A stretch of DNA of 64,000 bases, taken from the NCBI GenBank assembly GCA_951406725.2, contig OX597817.1:44206001-44270000 (forward strand), in the 5' to 3' direction. The translations under genes were made by a program, and so were the position numbers. Source of the stretch: Octopus vulgaris (taxonomy: Eukaryota). This document shows, in pieces, positions 26,030-39,297 of the stretch. The notes under the pieces were generated by a model. That model saw nothing but the letters and a program-made list of their open reading frames with translations, was not told the DNA's origin and searched no databases. Position 1 is the stretch's first letter, and each line of letters opens with the position of its first letter.

Positions 26030-26376
26030 TTCTTCTTTCAAGCATTTGCTTCCATTTCTTGCCGGGTGTCTTCCCGACTCCTAGGGCAAAGAAACTCATA
26101 GTATACATTGGTAGGCCATTAAACCAAACTCAATAGTTCGTTCATTTTTTTTTTAAGTTCAATTAAAATACATGAGCAGCAACAGTTCTCACATCGACAA
26201 TGCTCTTCTCAATACGTGTGATGTACCAGTTAAGACAATCTTTTGCACTTCTTGCAGGGATGGTAAGCCAGGGATCATTCTCATATAATTTTCGGTTCCC
26301 TTCTTGATCATTCCTAGTGCTCCTACGATCACTGGTATTGTAACCGCCTTGAGATACCACATTTTCTCAATTTCAA
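26030..26376 (-). mobile_element. R4/Dong-like element, family 2, short 3'-end copy
   Basis: IEIEKMWYLKAVTIPVIVGALG...LTGTSHVLRRALSM* plus a 3' UTR. Nearly identical to 26433-26767 but with several substitutions. Confidence 0.88.
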
Positions 26377-26419
26377 TTATTATTATTATCATTATTATTA
26401 TTATTATTATTATTTTTTT

Positions 26420-27495
26420 CTTCTTCTTTCAAATTTGCTTCCATTTCTTGCCGAGTGTCTTCCCGACTCCTAGGGCAAAGAAACTCATAGTATACATTGG
26501 TAGGCCATTAAACCAAACTCAATAGTTCGTTCATTTTTTTTTTTAAGTTCAATTAAAATACATGAGCAGCAACAGTTCTCACATCGACAATGCTCTTCTC
26601 AATACGTGTGATGTACCAGTTAAGACAATCTTTTGCACTTCTTGCAGGGATGGTAAGCCAGGGATCATTCTCATATAATTTTCGGTTCCCTTCTTGATCA
26701 TTCCTAGTGCTCCTACGATCACTAGTATTGTAACCGCCTTAAGATGCCACATTTTCTCAATTTCAATGAGTAGGTCTTTATATTTTCTAAGCTTGTCAAA
26801 CTCTTTCGCTGAGATATTATGATCACAGGAGATGCTCATGTCGATCAATAAGCAAACTTTATTGTTTTGGTCTTTCACAACAATATCTGGTTTATTGGCC
26901 TTGATGGTTCGGTCTGTATGTACTGGAAAGTCCCACAGAATGGTTACATTTTCTCCTTCAGTTACAGCCTCAGGGTGGTGATTATACCACTTGTCGGCAG
27001 TTTTGATATTGTAATGCCGACTTATTAGCCAGTGGAGATATTGGCCAACTCTGTCATGTCTTAATTTATACTCCACTGGTGCTAAGACTTTACATCCAGA
27101 GATTAGGTGGTCCACTGTTTCAATCATGTCGTTGCAGAATCGGCTTTTTGGGTCTGCTCCATTTTTCATCACATTGGCCTGGTAGTTCCGGGTTAATAGG
27201 CTTTGATCTTGAGCAGCCAGGATGAAACCTTCGCTCTCTGCTTTTAGCCCTGAGCTCCGTAGCCACTGATGGGTTTGCTTCTGGTCAACATCAGCTTGTT
27301 TGCTGCGGGTCACATATTTGCCGTGCAGAGGTTTCTCCTCCCACCTATCAGCCAATTGCTCGTGCGCTTTTTTCATTGCCATCATTTTCACCTTCTTTGC
27401 AACAATAGTTGCCGTACTTCCCTCGGGTTGTTCAGTTTGGGTATCCTGCACGAGATCAATAGCAAATTTTTTGCTTTCCTTTATGATAGAATGAA

Positions 27496-27497
<2 letters not shown>
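26420..27497 (-). mobile_element. R4/Dong-like RLE non-LTR retrotransposon, family 2, 5'-truncated (ORF 26579-27451)
   Basis: WEEKPLHGKY, WLRSSGLKAESEGFILAAQDQSL, degenerate CCHC (SRFC...ETVDHLISGC), RHD, and WDFPVHTDRTIKANKPDIVV...CLLIDMS (PD-(D/E)xK RLE). Embedded in (TAA)n. Confidence 0.92.
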
Positions 27498-27545
<48 letters not shown>

Positions 27546-27614
27546 CATTATTATTATTATTATTAGTGCTATGGCTAGTGGTAATCCCAATTGCTTTACT
27601 GCGGGATTTTAAGG

Positions 27615-28000
27615 GCTAGAACCGGTTGGAGGCGTTAGAGCCTCGGATAAAACACCTTACGTAATTTCCTCTGGCCTTTTACGTTTTAAGTTCAAATCCC
27701 ACCGAAGTCAACTTTGCCTTTCATCTATTCGAGATCGATAAAATTAAGTACAGGTCAAGTACTGGAGCAAATTGCATCGATTAACTCCCTGCTCTCAAAT
27801 GTGCTGGCCTTAGGCCTAAATTACAAACCATTAAAACGGTCGATGAGCTGGTAAAATGTCTTTACAGCACTGCGAAAATGCTTTGCAATATTTGCTCCGG
27901 CTCTTTACATTATGAGTTCAAATCCTGCCGAAGTCAAGTTTGCCTTTCATCATTTTGGTGTTGATGAAACAAAAATACTAGTGAAGAACTGAGGGCAATT
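27615..28000 (+). mobile_element. two degenerate tandem SINEs, family A head with alternative tail
   Basis: Two copies of ...GTTCAAATCC..CCGAAGTCAA.TTTGCCTTTCATC... at ~27690 and ~27915. Confidence 0.65.
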
Positions 28001-28322
28001 GCACTTTCATTTCTAGCAGTGTTAGTCTCCTCCATTACATCAAATCAACAAACTACGCCACTCATCTGGAATCTAGTCGCGGTGGTACGTTTGCAATTTA
28101 TTTCTCCAAATAATCTCCGTTCCAGGTAAATACGTATCAGTGTAAATTCTCCGTAGGAGAGTGGGGTATTAATTGGCCAAAGTCACTGGGCAAAAATTTA
28201 CTCGCACACAACCATACTGATTAGCAGGAATAACCAAGTATATGTTTTGCTAGATGCTTTTCAGCCATAGTTCAGCTTGTTCTGGAGAGATTCGCCCTTG
28301 TCCATGATTTTTGAACGATATA

Positions 28323-28717
28323 GGCGCAGGAGTGGCTGTGTGGTAAGTAAGTAATTTGCTTACCAACCACATGGTTCCGGGTTCAGTACTACTGCGTGGC
28401 ACCTTGTGCAAGTGTCTTCTACTATGGCCTCGGGCCAACCAAAGCCTTGTGAGTGGATTTGGTAGATGGAAACTGAAAAGAAGCCCGTCGTATATATGTA
28501 TACGTATATATATATGTGTGTGTTTGTCCCACCAACATCGCTTGACAACCGATGCTGGTGTGATTACGTCCCCGTACTTAGCGGTTCAGCAAAAGAGACC
28601 GACAGAACAAATACTAGGCTTACAAAGAATAAGTCCTGGGGTCGATTTGCTCGACTAAAGGCGATGATCCAGCATGGCCGCAGTCAACTGACTGAAATAA
28701 ATAAAAGAGTAAAGAGA
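28323..28717 (+). mobile_element. SINE family B, full length
   Basis: GGCGCAGGAGTGGCTGTGTGGTAAG...GGTTCAGT...CACCTTGTGCAAGTGTCTTC...TAAAAGAGTAAAAGAG. Confidence 0.9.
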
Positions 28718-29557
28718 GATAGACAACAGTATATGTGTTTTATCTAGACGCTGTTGTGATATCGTGAGTGTTGCCTGTCTAGCATATCTGTTAAAGTGTT
28801 TCGCTATCCGTTCCAGGTACTGATGTTTTTTGTCCAATAGGATTATACCAAATGTTTTTGCAACACCAGAACAGAAGCCGCTCTTTGCCTTGCTACTGTT
28901 GTTCCTAAAGTTGTCGGTGTTGCTGCTGTCATTGCTTATTAATGGGGTGGTGGTTGTTGGCCCATTGCTGATACCACAGTTTGTTATTTCTAGGTTGGTA
29001 TCCGTGGCTAATAATTTACTTTCTACCGGAAATGTTGTTAGTGCCAGCGGCAGGTTTAATATTATGTATTCTATTTGGCATGTGATCGCCACTGTTGCTA
29101 TCGTTGTTGCTGCTGTTGTAGTTGCTTTTGTTGTTGCTGTTGTTGTTGATGCTGCTGTTGTTACTGTTGCTACTGATACTGCTGCTTCTGTCTTGGGGTC
29201 ATTTCTGCGATGAAGTGGAAGGTTTTGACTGCGAACAATTGTTTCCATTTAAGAAATCGACCTCCACTTTCTTTATTGCTAGGCGGCAGAGGAAGACGAA
29301 ATTTAGAAACAATTTTCAAAATTTTGTAAACTTTTACCTCGTAGATTGTGTAACAAAAGGAAAGGGAGAAGAGGAGAGTCCTGACAGGTTTTACAAAAAG
29401 ATGAAACAATAAAATTAACAACCATCTAGAAAGTAAAACAGGACCCGGATTCACAGAGCTTCTGAAACACATTCAGCTACGGCAATGAACAGCAACAGAA
29501 GCAACCATTCTTTCCAATTTAGACACTTAGTCAATAACCTCGAGGGGAGGGGCGATT

Positions 29558-30290
29558 CTATTCTTATTTCTTTACTGTCCACAAGGGGCTAAACACATAG
29601 GAAACAAACAAGGACAGACAAAGCAATTAAGTTGGTTACATCGATCCCAGTACGTAACTGGTATTTAATTTATCGACCTCAAAGGATGAAAGGCAAAGTC
29701 GACCTCGGTGTAATTTGAACTCAGAACGTAGCGGCAGACGAAATACTGCTAAGCATTTCGTCCGGCGTGCTAACGTTTTTGCCAGCTCGCCGCCTTCGAA
29801 AAGATGAAAAGCAAAGTCGAGATCGGCGTAATTTGAACTCAGAACGTAACGGCAGAGGAAATACCTATTTCTTTACTGCCCACAAGGGGCTACACACAGA
29901 GAGTACAAACAAGGACAGACAAACGGATTAAGTCGATTATGTCGACCCCAGTGCGTAACTGGTACTTATTTTATCGGCCCCGAAAGGATGAAAGGCAAAG
30001 TCGACCTCGGCGGAATTTCAACTCAGAACGTAGCGGCAGACGAAATACCGCTAAGCATTTCGTCCGGCGTGCTAACGTTTCTGCCAGCTCGCCACCTTTC
30101 TATTCTGTCGACACTAGAGCTTGACTGGTACTATATTTTATCAGCCTCGTAAAGATGAAATGTAAAGTTTACCTCTGTGGAATTTGAACTCAGAATGTAA
30201 AGAGCCGGAAGACATACTGCAAGTAATGTTTTCGGTGATCTAACGATCCTGCTAGCTCGCTGCCTTAACAAAAAAACACGACAACGACGA
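29558..30290 (-). mobile_element. cluster of head-to-tail SINE family A copies
   Basis: Monomer at 29558-29797, a head plus 1.3 body units at 29797-30099, and a degenerate copy at 30105-30267, all in the same orientation. Confidence 0.85.
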
Positions 30291-30409
30291 CGACGACCCC
30301 CCCCCCACACAACACCAACAACAACAGCTGTAGCGACCATTATGATGTTGTTGGTGAGGAGGTCGACGATGATGAATTCTATGGTATTGTTGTCAATAAT
30401 TGATATGGA

Positions 30410-30860
30410 AGGACAATCCTCATCTTTTGTAATATAGACGTCCTTCAGTTGCAAAACACACGACAAAAACTGTTGCAGACAAAATACGGATTATTAGAGG
30501 AATTGATATGAGTTTCGGATTAGAAAAATTGTGCCGGTGCAACTTTGAAGCCAGGCAAAACAATTAAGACCACTAATATCGTACTAAATAAAGAAGTAGA
30601 GATAAAAGAATTAGCCAGAGCATGCTTAGAAATACTTAAGACTCAATGGGAAGATACAAAAATACATGTGAAAGAGAAGCTTACAAATAAATATAATAGA
30701 CACATTAAATTAATACTTGAAACAATGGTAAATACATAAGATAAAAATAGTAATATTATAATTGTCCCAGTAATATATTTAGCTATGGTGTTCTTCATTG
30801 GATGAAATAGCAGGTAAGACATAATGAAGTACAATCACAAAAAAATTAATATTAAACACA
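30410..30860 (+). mobile_element. degenerate R4/Dong-like RT-thumb fragment
   Basis: GIDMSFGLEK.CAGATLKPGKTIKTTNIVLNKEVEIKELA...KEKLTNKYNRHIKLILET, partly homologous to 31445-31620. Confidence 0.6.
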
Positions 30861-30879
30861 ACCCGGCAATCCCAACAAA

Positions 30880-31294
30880 ATAATCCTTTCTACTATAGGT
30901 ACAAGGCCTAAATTTTGTGAGGAGGCGGACAGTCGATCACATCGACCCCATTACTGAACTGGTACTTGATTTATTGACTCTGAAAGGATGAAAGGCAAAG
31001 TCAACCTCGGCGGAATTTGAACTCAGAATGTAGCGGCAGACGAAATACCGCCAAACATTTCACCCTACGTGCTAACGATTCTTATTTCTTATTTCTTTAT
31101 TGCCCACAAGGGGCTAAACATAGAGTTGACAAACAAGAACAGAAAAAGGCGTAACAGGATTCTTAATTTGTCGATCCCGAAAGGATGAAAGGCAAAGTCG
31201 ACCTCGGCGGAATTTGAGCTCAGAACGTAAAAACAGACGAAATGCGGGGAAGCATTTTGGACGGCGTGCTAACGATTCAGCCAGCTCACCGCCT

Positions 31295-31296
<2 letters not shown>
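30880..31296 (-). mobile_element. two adjacent SINEs (alternative-tail variant 30880-31083; family A 31084-31296)
   Basis: Both contain GAAAGGATGAAAGGCAAAGTC.ACCTCGGCGGAATTTGA.CTCAGAA but have different tails. Confidence 0.8.
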
Positions 31297-31369
<73 letters not shown>

Positions 31370-31444
31370 TAATGATAATAATAACAATAGTAATAATGAT
31401 AATAATAATAATAATAATAATGATAATAATAATAATAATAATAA

Positions 31445-32838
31445 AACCAATGAAATAAAAGAATTAGACCAAAGCCAAACTTACAAATACTTAGGAATCC
31501 ATGAACTAGATAAGACACAACACACAAATTTGAAAGAGAAAATAAAAAAAGAATAATATAGACGAGTTAGATCAATACTAAAAACAAAGCTAAATGCTAA
31601 AAACAAGATAATAGGTATTAACACTTAAGCCGTCCCAGTTATAAGTTACAGCTACAATATCCTTAACTGGACACTAAATGAACTGACCAAAATAGATAGG
31701 AAAACAAGAAAATAATGACAGGATCTAGGATGCATCACCCAAAATCTCACATAGAAAGACTATATATACAACGTATAGAAGGTGGTAGAGGCCTTATACA
31801 GTTGGAAAACTACTATAAAATAACCACCATAGGACTGCAAAAATATCTACTTCAGAAGGAAGGAAAACTGATACAAATAGCGGCAAAACACGAGTAAAAC
31901 AAAAAACTGTTCTCAGTATTTAAGGAAGCTGACAAATACAAACAAGAAATCATACCACCTAACAAATATGAAGAAGAAGAAGAAGAAGAAGAAGAAGAAG
32001 AAGAAGAAGAAGAAGAAGAAGAAGAAGAAGAAGAAGAAGAAGAAGAAACAACAAAAGCTATAAAACAATTGAAATCCAAACTAAAACTAGAACAGCAAAG
32101 AACCATGATAAAACGATGGCAAGAAAAGTTCCTTCATGGTAAATACTGGACTAAACTAAATGCAAAAGAAATAGACAAAGAAAAATCCCAGCAATGGTTG
32201 AGAAGCTCAGGACTCAAAGCAGACTGGCTGCCCAGTCCTGGCTAAGAAGGAATATATTCACATACACGACAGAGTTGGGACATACATACACTGGAAGCTA
32301 TGCCAACATTATGGAATAACAACAGAAAAAAGATGGTATAGGCACACACCAGAAAATGTCTCAGAAAACGAGAAAACAACCATACTCTGGGATATGCCGA
32401 TACACACAGATAGAGAAATTAAGGCCAACAGACTAGATATAGTTGTCAGAGATCATGAAAAAATGCTTTCTAATTGATGTATCAATACCAGCAGATGGCA
32501 ACGTGCCTCTAAAAGAAATGGAGAAACTTTCAAAATACAAAGACCTGGAAATAGAGGTAACCAGAATGTGGAATCTAAAAACAGAAACAATTCTTATCAT
32601 AGTAAGTGCATTAGGCATGAAAAAAAATTCAGACAAATACATAACAAAAACACCAGGACTTACAAACACATATAACATACAGAAAATTGCACTACTAGGC
32701 ACTGCACACATCCTACGCAGAACACTTTCCATAAAATAACCATTAGAGCATCACAACAAATCACAGCTCATACCCAAGGCACACAGAGCTGCGCTCGGTA
32801 GTGAAGTGAAAGCACGCTATAAAAATAAAACTACTGGA
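31445..32838 (+). mobile_element. R4/Dong-like RLE non-LTR retrotransposon, family 1, 5'-truncated, disrupted
   Basis: EIKELDQSQTYKYLGI, MHHPKSHIERLYIQRIEGGRGLIQL, WLRSSGLKA, and CFLIDVSIP...IALLGTAHILRRTLSIK*. Contains a (GAA)n expansion at 31969-32047 and an internal deletion at ~32222. (TAA)n on both flanks. Confidence 0.92.
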
Positions 32839-32918
32839 TAATAATAATAATAATAATAAAAATAATAATAATAATAATGATAATAATAATAATAATAACA
32901 ATAAAAAAAAAAATAATA

Positions 32919-32954
<36 letters not shown>

Positions 32955-32995
32955 GTGGTGATGATGATGAAGATGATGAAGATGATGATAATGAC

Positions 32996-33055
<60 letters not shown>

Positions 33056-34215
33056 AATGCGTGCTAAGGAATAAAAAGAAACATTTTAACTTTTATTACT
33101 TCACAAATATTACATGAGAGCAAACAGTTCCCGCAGTATATTCTTCGTCATTTAAAAAATATAAATTCAGGATAATTTTTTTTAGTTATTTTACAAATCC
33201 TTATTTATTCGAAGCGAGATTTTGAGTTGATAGCACTTGTTTGAATGAATTCTTTATGTACGAGGCAATCCGCGATTCCCCGAAACCCAATAGAATCTCT
33301 CTATAAAATATTGCATCTCTTATTTATAATTGCAGTGTACGATAACTTTACAGCAGAAGAATACTGCGCAATTCCATTACATCTGCAAAATTTGTATATT
33401 ACGTTTATTTCACCCTTGGGTAATATTATATGATATCTTTATATCGATCTGTACAATATTTGACGCTTTCTCCTTTTCTTGTATTCTTCAAGAGTCACTC
33501 CATAGCACTCATGGGTTACTGGATGTATTATGTTGTACGATACTTCGCTAATTTAATCATTGAGGATGCAAAAACGAAGTTCACGTGAAAGCAATATGTG
33601 TTATAAAAGATCACGTTCTTCCTCACTAGCAGTATATTTAAGCTAGAGACTTGATTCATTTAATAAACATTTTATTCTATAGATTCTATCGTACCTCCTT
33701 TTGCAGTTCTTTTGAGGAGTACTATTGTTATAACCTATCATATAGTGGCGTCTACTGTTGTTTAACACTGTTACGAATATACAAAGGCACGATGCACAGT
33801 ATTTTCTTTTTTCTTGTTGCTACGTGTACGTACAAATACAATTACGAATATATCCGCCATATTTGTCTTATGTGAAATGGTATGTAACACTACTAAACAA
33901 TTTTAAGTGGATTATTGTGGCCACTCTTCTTTGTTTCTACGTTGGACTTCGCTAGTGTTGACCTAGTGCAAAACAATAATAGCTTCACTGTTTTTCAGCA
34001 TAGCGAAATTTACAAAAAGATAAGGATACCTTTTCCGAATTAGATTTTTATTAATTTGGATATTTACAGATCAATAATTTTGAATGAGATTCTTTGAAAT
34101 TGCAAGAGATTTTGATTATGCTTTCGTAACATTGGAGCAGATGATCTGGTTTCAAAATGAGGAATGGAGTCTGTTGAAGCTTGTAAAATTAGGATGACTA
34201 GTCAAATATTTAGAT

Positions 34216-34270
<55 letters not shown>

Positions 34271-35897
34271 AAAGAGGCACTTTGTTGTCGCTTAAACTGG
34301 TATAACAATTGTTGCCAAATCCTTTTCAGTGTTTACAAAGGAAGGACAATTTGGATAATGTAGTTATAAATGACAGGATGATCACGTGAAAAAAAACTGT
34401 TAGCAGGCCTTTGATCACAGGTGAACTCAATCAGAGATGACCTGAAACTATTCAGCAACAACAGCCACAAATGATGCAAGACACATATCCAGCTGTAACA
34501 AATTATACATCATCAAATATCCCCAAATCAGGGCTCCCTTCACTCAGTCACTCTATCTTCATTCAGTATTATGGTATTTTTATACAATATCGTTTATCGA
34601 ACAAAATATCCTTTCTTTACATTCCGAATTCAAATTTCATCTAAGCTGATTTTGCTTTGATACTTCAAATGTGGATACAATAAACACTAATATATTAGTG
34701 CTTATTAATTTGTCCACAGTTTTCACTGTGTCAGTATTAGAAATCCTTATATCATATATAACGATTTCATTTGTAAACGTACCAACAAAGGACTTCTCTT
34801 CATCATTCCATCAATATGTACGCTTTTTCCAGCACATGCTTTTTAGCCCTATGATTGTGTTGTATATTATTAAGCCACTGTAAGTTTGATTGCTTATGTT
34901 GTAATGGAGATCTAAAGTAAACACAAGAATTTGATAGGCCTGTTCTCCAGGTCAGATATTTTCTTTTTGCTGCTATTAATTCCTAAAGTAACATATCATT
35001 GTCAGGTGGGTTACATGTGATTTTTCTCGTATAACTGCAGGGATAAAACTGTCTAAATGTTGTGAGGTAAATCATTCTTATCGTTCATTTGACTACACTT
35101 TTTGCCTTTAATTCTTGTTCAGCAACTATGGCCGACTTTCGGCTGGTCGGGAATTTCGATAAAAAGAATAAGAGAACGATAGAAGACAATAACATTAACG
35201 GGGTTTTGAATAATAGATTAAAAGACTTTTATGTACGTGTCTTAATGTCTTGAAGTGTACGCTTTTACTTTGATAAAAGAATTTGCTTCGAAGCATTGTA
35301 CGTATATCGGTTGTATGATTATACAAGTAACACATCCATAGCTGTTCCACCACCACCAACCTTTGCTTACTCCAAAAATATCAAACAAGCAAAACAAACA
35401 AGAACAACAGCTTCAAATCAGCGTCTTTATACGTACGAAACTTTCATTGGGTTATTTCTGCTCAAAATAGTTCATTACCCAAGGGTGATTGCAAATCATT
35501 ATCGATTTTCGCTATCAAGATAGCTACTTTTGCAAAGGAAAGCCAAAAATAAAATAAAAACAAAATAAAAATGAAATAAAAATTAAAATTAAAGTAAAAT
35601 CTCCCTGATACAAAATAAAAGCGATTATGAAATCCATCTTCTCATTTTGTGTAGTGTCTAGGAATATTTGAGTGATATTAGTAGTTGGAAACATATTTGT
35701 TTTACTAAATTACTATTAATCACCTGGAGAAATGTATTATTCTCAGGTGCTGACTTCCACTGAAGCACAACAAACCATTATACAGAGTATCATAAAACCT
35801 TAATAACATTCAATTTTTCTCATACTATATCTCCATTCTCTCTCTATCTCTCTACCTCTCTCCTACCTCTCTACCTCTCTAAACCTAACCCTCCCTC

Positions 35898-35899
<2 letters not shown>

Positions 35900-35988
<89 letters not shown>

Positions 35989-36029
35989 CCTGCCTGCCTG
36001 CCTACCTACCTACCTACCTACCTACCTAC

Positions 36030-36110
<81 letters not shown>
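35900..36110. repeat. (TATC)n/(CTAC)n tetranucleotide microsatellite
   Basis: Directly visible. Confidence 0.95.
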
Positions 36111-36429
36111 AATCCGACGCGTGTATAAATTAGATTTGCATCTAACTTCTATTGCGACTAACTAAATCATTCAATGGCAATATATCAAGCGACGTTAACC
36201 ACTACCGTTCAAAATTAAAACTCTAGCTGTCGTTTAACCTTACCATTAATTCTCCTTGTCAACATTGATACCCAGACAAGGGCAATGGACTGAAAGAATT
36301 GGTAGAATGATGGACAAATTGTCTTGCAGTATCAACTTCTTATTAGGTTTGATGAGCCAAGAACTATATAAGTATTGGGGGTTCAATAAAATAGGTTGTA
36401 CCCTATTCCCGAAATGGGATACCTCTTTT

Positions 36430-37225
36430 ATTGCCAGAATTCAGCGCCAAGGTTGAAAGTTATCTCCATCATACAATGCCCATACCTATTTCTTTACTGC
36501 CCACAAGGGGTTAAACACAGAGAGGACAAACAAGGACAGACACACGGATTACGTCGATTATATCAACCCCAGTGCATAACTGGTACTTATTTAATCGACT
36601 CCGAAAGGATGAAGGGCAAAGTCGACCTCGGCGGAATTTGAACTCACAACGTAACGGCAGACGAAATACTACAAAGCATTTCGCCCGCCGTGCTAATGTT
36701 TCTGCCAGCTCGCCGTCGTATCCATCATACAATGCCGATACCGCAGTTGTTTTCACGTTCTCAGCTCTTCTACGCAGATCCGAGAGAATAAATGACTTAT
36801 GGCCGGGAATGTTGAAAGAGTACGATCGCGAATACAAGCGGCCAAAATGGGGCTTCACCAAAGGATGTCTGGAGTAAAGTTACTCGACAAGGTGACTATC
36901 TCGGAGATCATAGTCTCTGCAAGTTAAGCCGTTACTTCTCCGCAGTAATAGATCACAATTTCTCCGATACTACAAACATGTATTTAGAATATCGCTGGTA
37001 GGAATATCAGGAATTTTCAAGAAAACAAGAGACCTAGGGATAAACCAAGAACGGGGAGGTTGGATAATATTCACAGTTTCAGTTGCTCACGCTTGGTAAT
37101 CTAGCCATAAAAGTCTACTAGCAGTTGTCTCTGAGAGAACCTTACGGAAGATGGCCCTGAAGATTCTACCTCTACAACCCTTTTAGGAATAGTAAGCGGA
37201 GAATGTGGACAAATGGATGACAACC
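36430..37225 (+). mobile_element. degenerate RTE-clade LINE 3' portion, interrupted by a SINE
   Basis: Peptides RVRSRIQAAKMGLHQRMSGVKLLDKVTISEI, VKPLLLRSNRSQ, RPRDKPRTGRLDNI and LKILPLQP resemble RTE/Rex3 RSRIQAAEMGFLRRVAG...VEPLLLRIERSQLRW...RGRPRTRW. Confidence 0.75.
36481..36717 (-). mobile_element. SINE family A monomer
   Basis: TSD TCCATCATACAATGCC at ~36465-36480 and ~36721-36737. Confidence 0.9.
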
Positions 37226-37312
37226 AGCCAAGTGGTCATGTTTTCTGTGCTGTATGCGAACATTTCGATCAGGCTTTTCAACGATCAAGTCCAGCCTGCT
37301 CCGTACATATAC

Positions 37313-37753
37313 TCTTTTACTCTTTCACTTGTTTCAGTCATTTGACTGCGGTCATGCTGGAGCACCGCCTTTAGTCGAGCACATCGACCCCAGGACTTAT
37401 ACTTTGTAAGCCTAGTACTTATTCTATCGGTCTCTTTCTGCCGAACCGCTAAGTTACGGAGACGTAAACACACCAGCATCGGTTGTGTAAACACACCAGC
37501 GATGTTGGGGGGAGGGGGGACAAACACAGACACACAAACACACACACTCACACATACACACATATATATATATACATATGCATATATACGACGGGCTACT
37601 TTCAGTTTCCGTCTACCAAATCGAATCACAAGGCTTTGGTCGGCCCGAGGCTATAGTAGAAGACACTTGCCCAAGATGCCACGCAGTGGGACTGAACCCG
37701 GAACCATGTGGTTGGTAATCAAACTATTTACCACACAGCCACTCCTGTGCCTA
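37313..37753 (-). mobile_element. SINE family B, full length
   Basis: Reverse complement of the family B consensus, with a small internal duplication GTAAACACACCAGC. Confidence 0.9.
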
Positions 37754-38641
37754 TGACATGTATATCATGATATATGTATCATGTACTGTATACTTTATTA
37801 CGGCAAATGACGGGGGAATAATTTATCTCTTTTCGACTTCAAATCGATTTCGCTAATCATTCCACCAAAACGATGAAAAAAAGGAACCAGTCATATTCTT
37901 GGGTCCCATTTATGTGATATATTTCATTTCCATATAATTTACAGGCTTGTGGTTGTGGATTCAGCCCCACTGCGTGACACTTTGGAACGACATTTTTGAG
38001 GTAAAATGGAATGTATGCTTGTTGTTCGGAGTCCGAATGTTTTCTTGTTAAACCATTAACAAAGGAAATAGTTCTGACTGTTAGCAAGGATAAGAAAAAG
38101 ATTTTGGATATGATACTCGACTATCACATAACTAGACAGCAGGAAAGGCAGACGGCATTGGAAGCATACATTGTAGACAACCAAAGTATGAGGAATTAAC
38201 CAAACCTGTACACTGATCCTAGCTAAAGTCATTGCTGACCTATTTCTCATTGGTGCTTTTCAACTAAATTAATAGTAAACAGGCCAATGTGTTCGTGATT
38301 AAAGTTGATTAATTTAACCTGCATCATTATTTTATTAAAAAAACATCAGAATTTAATTAAAATTGGTTTTTAATTTTATCATAACTTTAGATTAAAATGT
38401 GTAACATCACAATGTGAGTTTATCTAAAATTGTAAAGTGCATGGAGGTTGAGACAGCGAGTCTTTGAAATTTACAGCCGTTTTACTCTGCATATGAACTT
38501 CATTTGTGTCTGTACCACATCCAAGGATATCATGCCGAGTTTGTAGCTCTATGGTACGTTATTTAGACTACCTCATGCCACTTTCGTTTAGCGTTGGATT
38601 CTGGGGACGTATCTAGAGCGCTACTCGACCTATTACAGCAA

Positions 38642-38725
<84 letters not shown>

Positions 38726-38887
38726 GCACACACAGATGTATGTATGTATAAAGCACACACATGTATACGTATATACACGTATATACATATACATATGTGT
38801 GTAATTATATGTAATCATAGATGTTCATATCTATATATGATTATATAGATTTATGATTACACATATATCTATAAGTATATACGTGAA

Positions 38888-38956
<69 letters not shown>

Positions 38957-38958
<2 letters not shown>

Positions 38959-39297
38959 CAGCAAAATTAAGGAACGGCCATAATAGGCCGTTCAACTCAC
39001 TAGAAATAGCAGCTAAGGCTTCAACCGCAAAAAAGTATTAATTCCGTAAACAAGGAGAAAATTTAAAAAACATTTACCCTGTTATTAAATTTTTAAAAAA
39101 ATTTTCTCCTTGTTTACGGAATTAATACTTTTTTGCGGTTGAAGCCTTAGCTGCTATTTCTAGTGAGTTGAACGGCCTATTATGGCCGTTCCTTAATTTT
39201 GCTGTTGAATTTATTAATAGTCTTTGACTATTTCCTTTTCCCACTAGACCGCTGGTGGCAAGTAATTTCTGCTGAATTTTTTGCTACCCTATATTGA

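Noticed and set aside
24200-27565. Repeat-spacer-like alternation resembling a CRISPR array
   Set aside because: The repeats are variable-length trinucleotide microsatellites, the spacers are retrotransposon 3' ends, there are no cas genes, and the context is eukaryotic.
28655-29248. 197-aa T/N-rich minus-strand ORF and antisense hydrophobic ORF
   Set aside because: Decayed (GTT/GCT)n sequence that runs into a SINE at its end; no recognisable motif.
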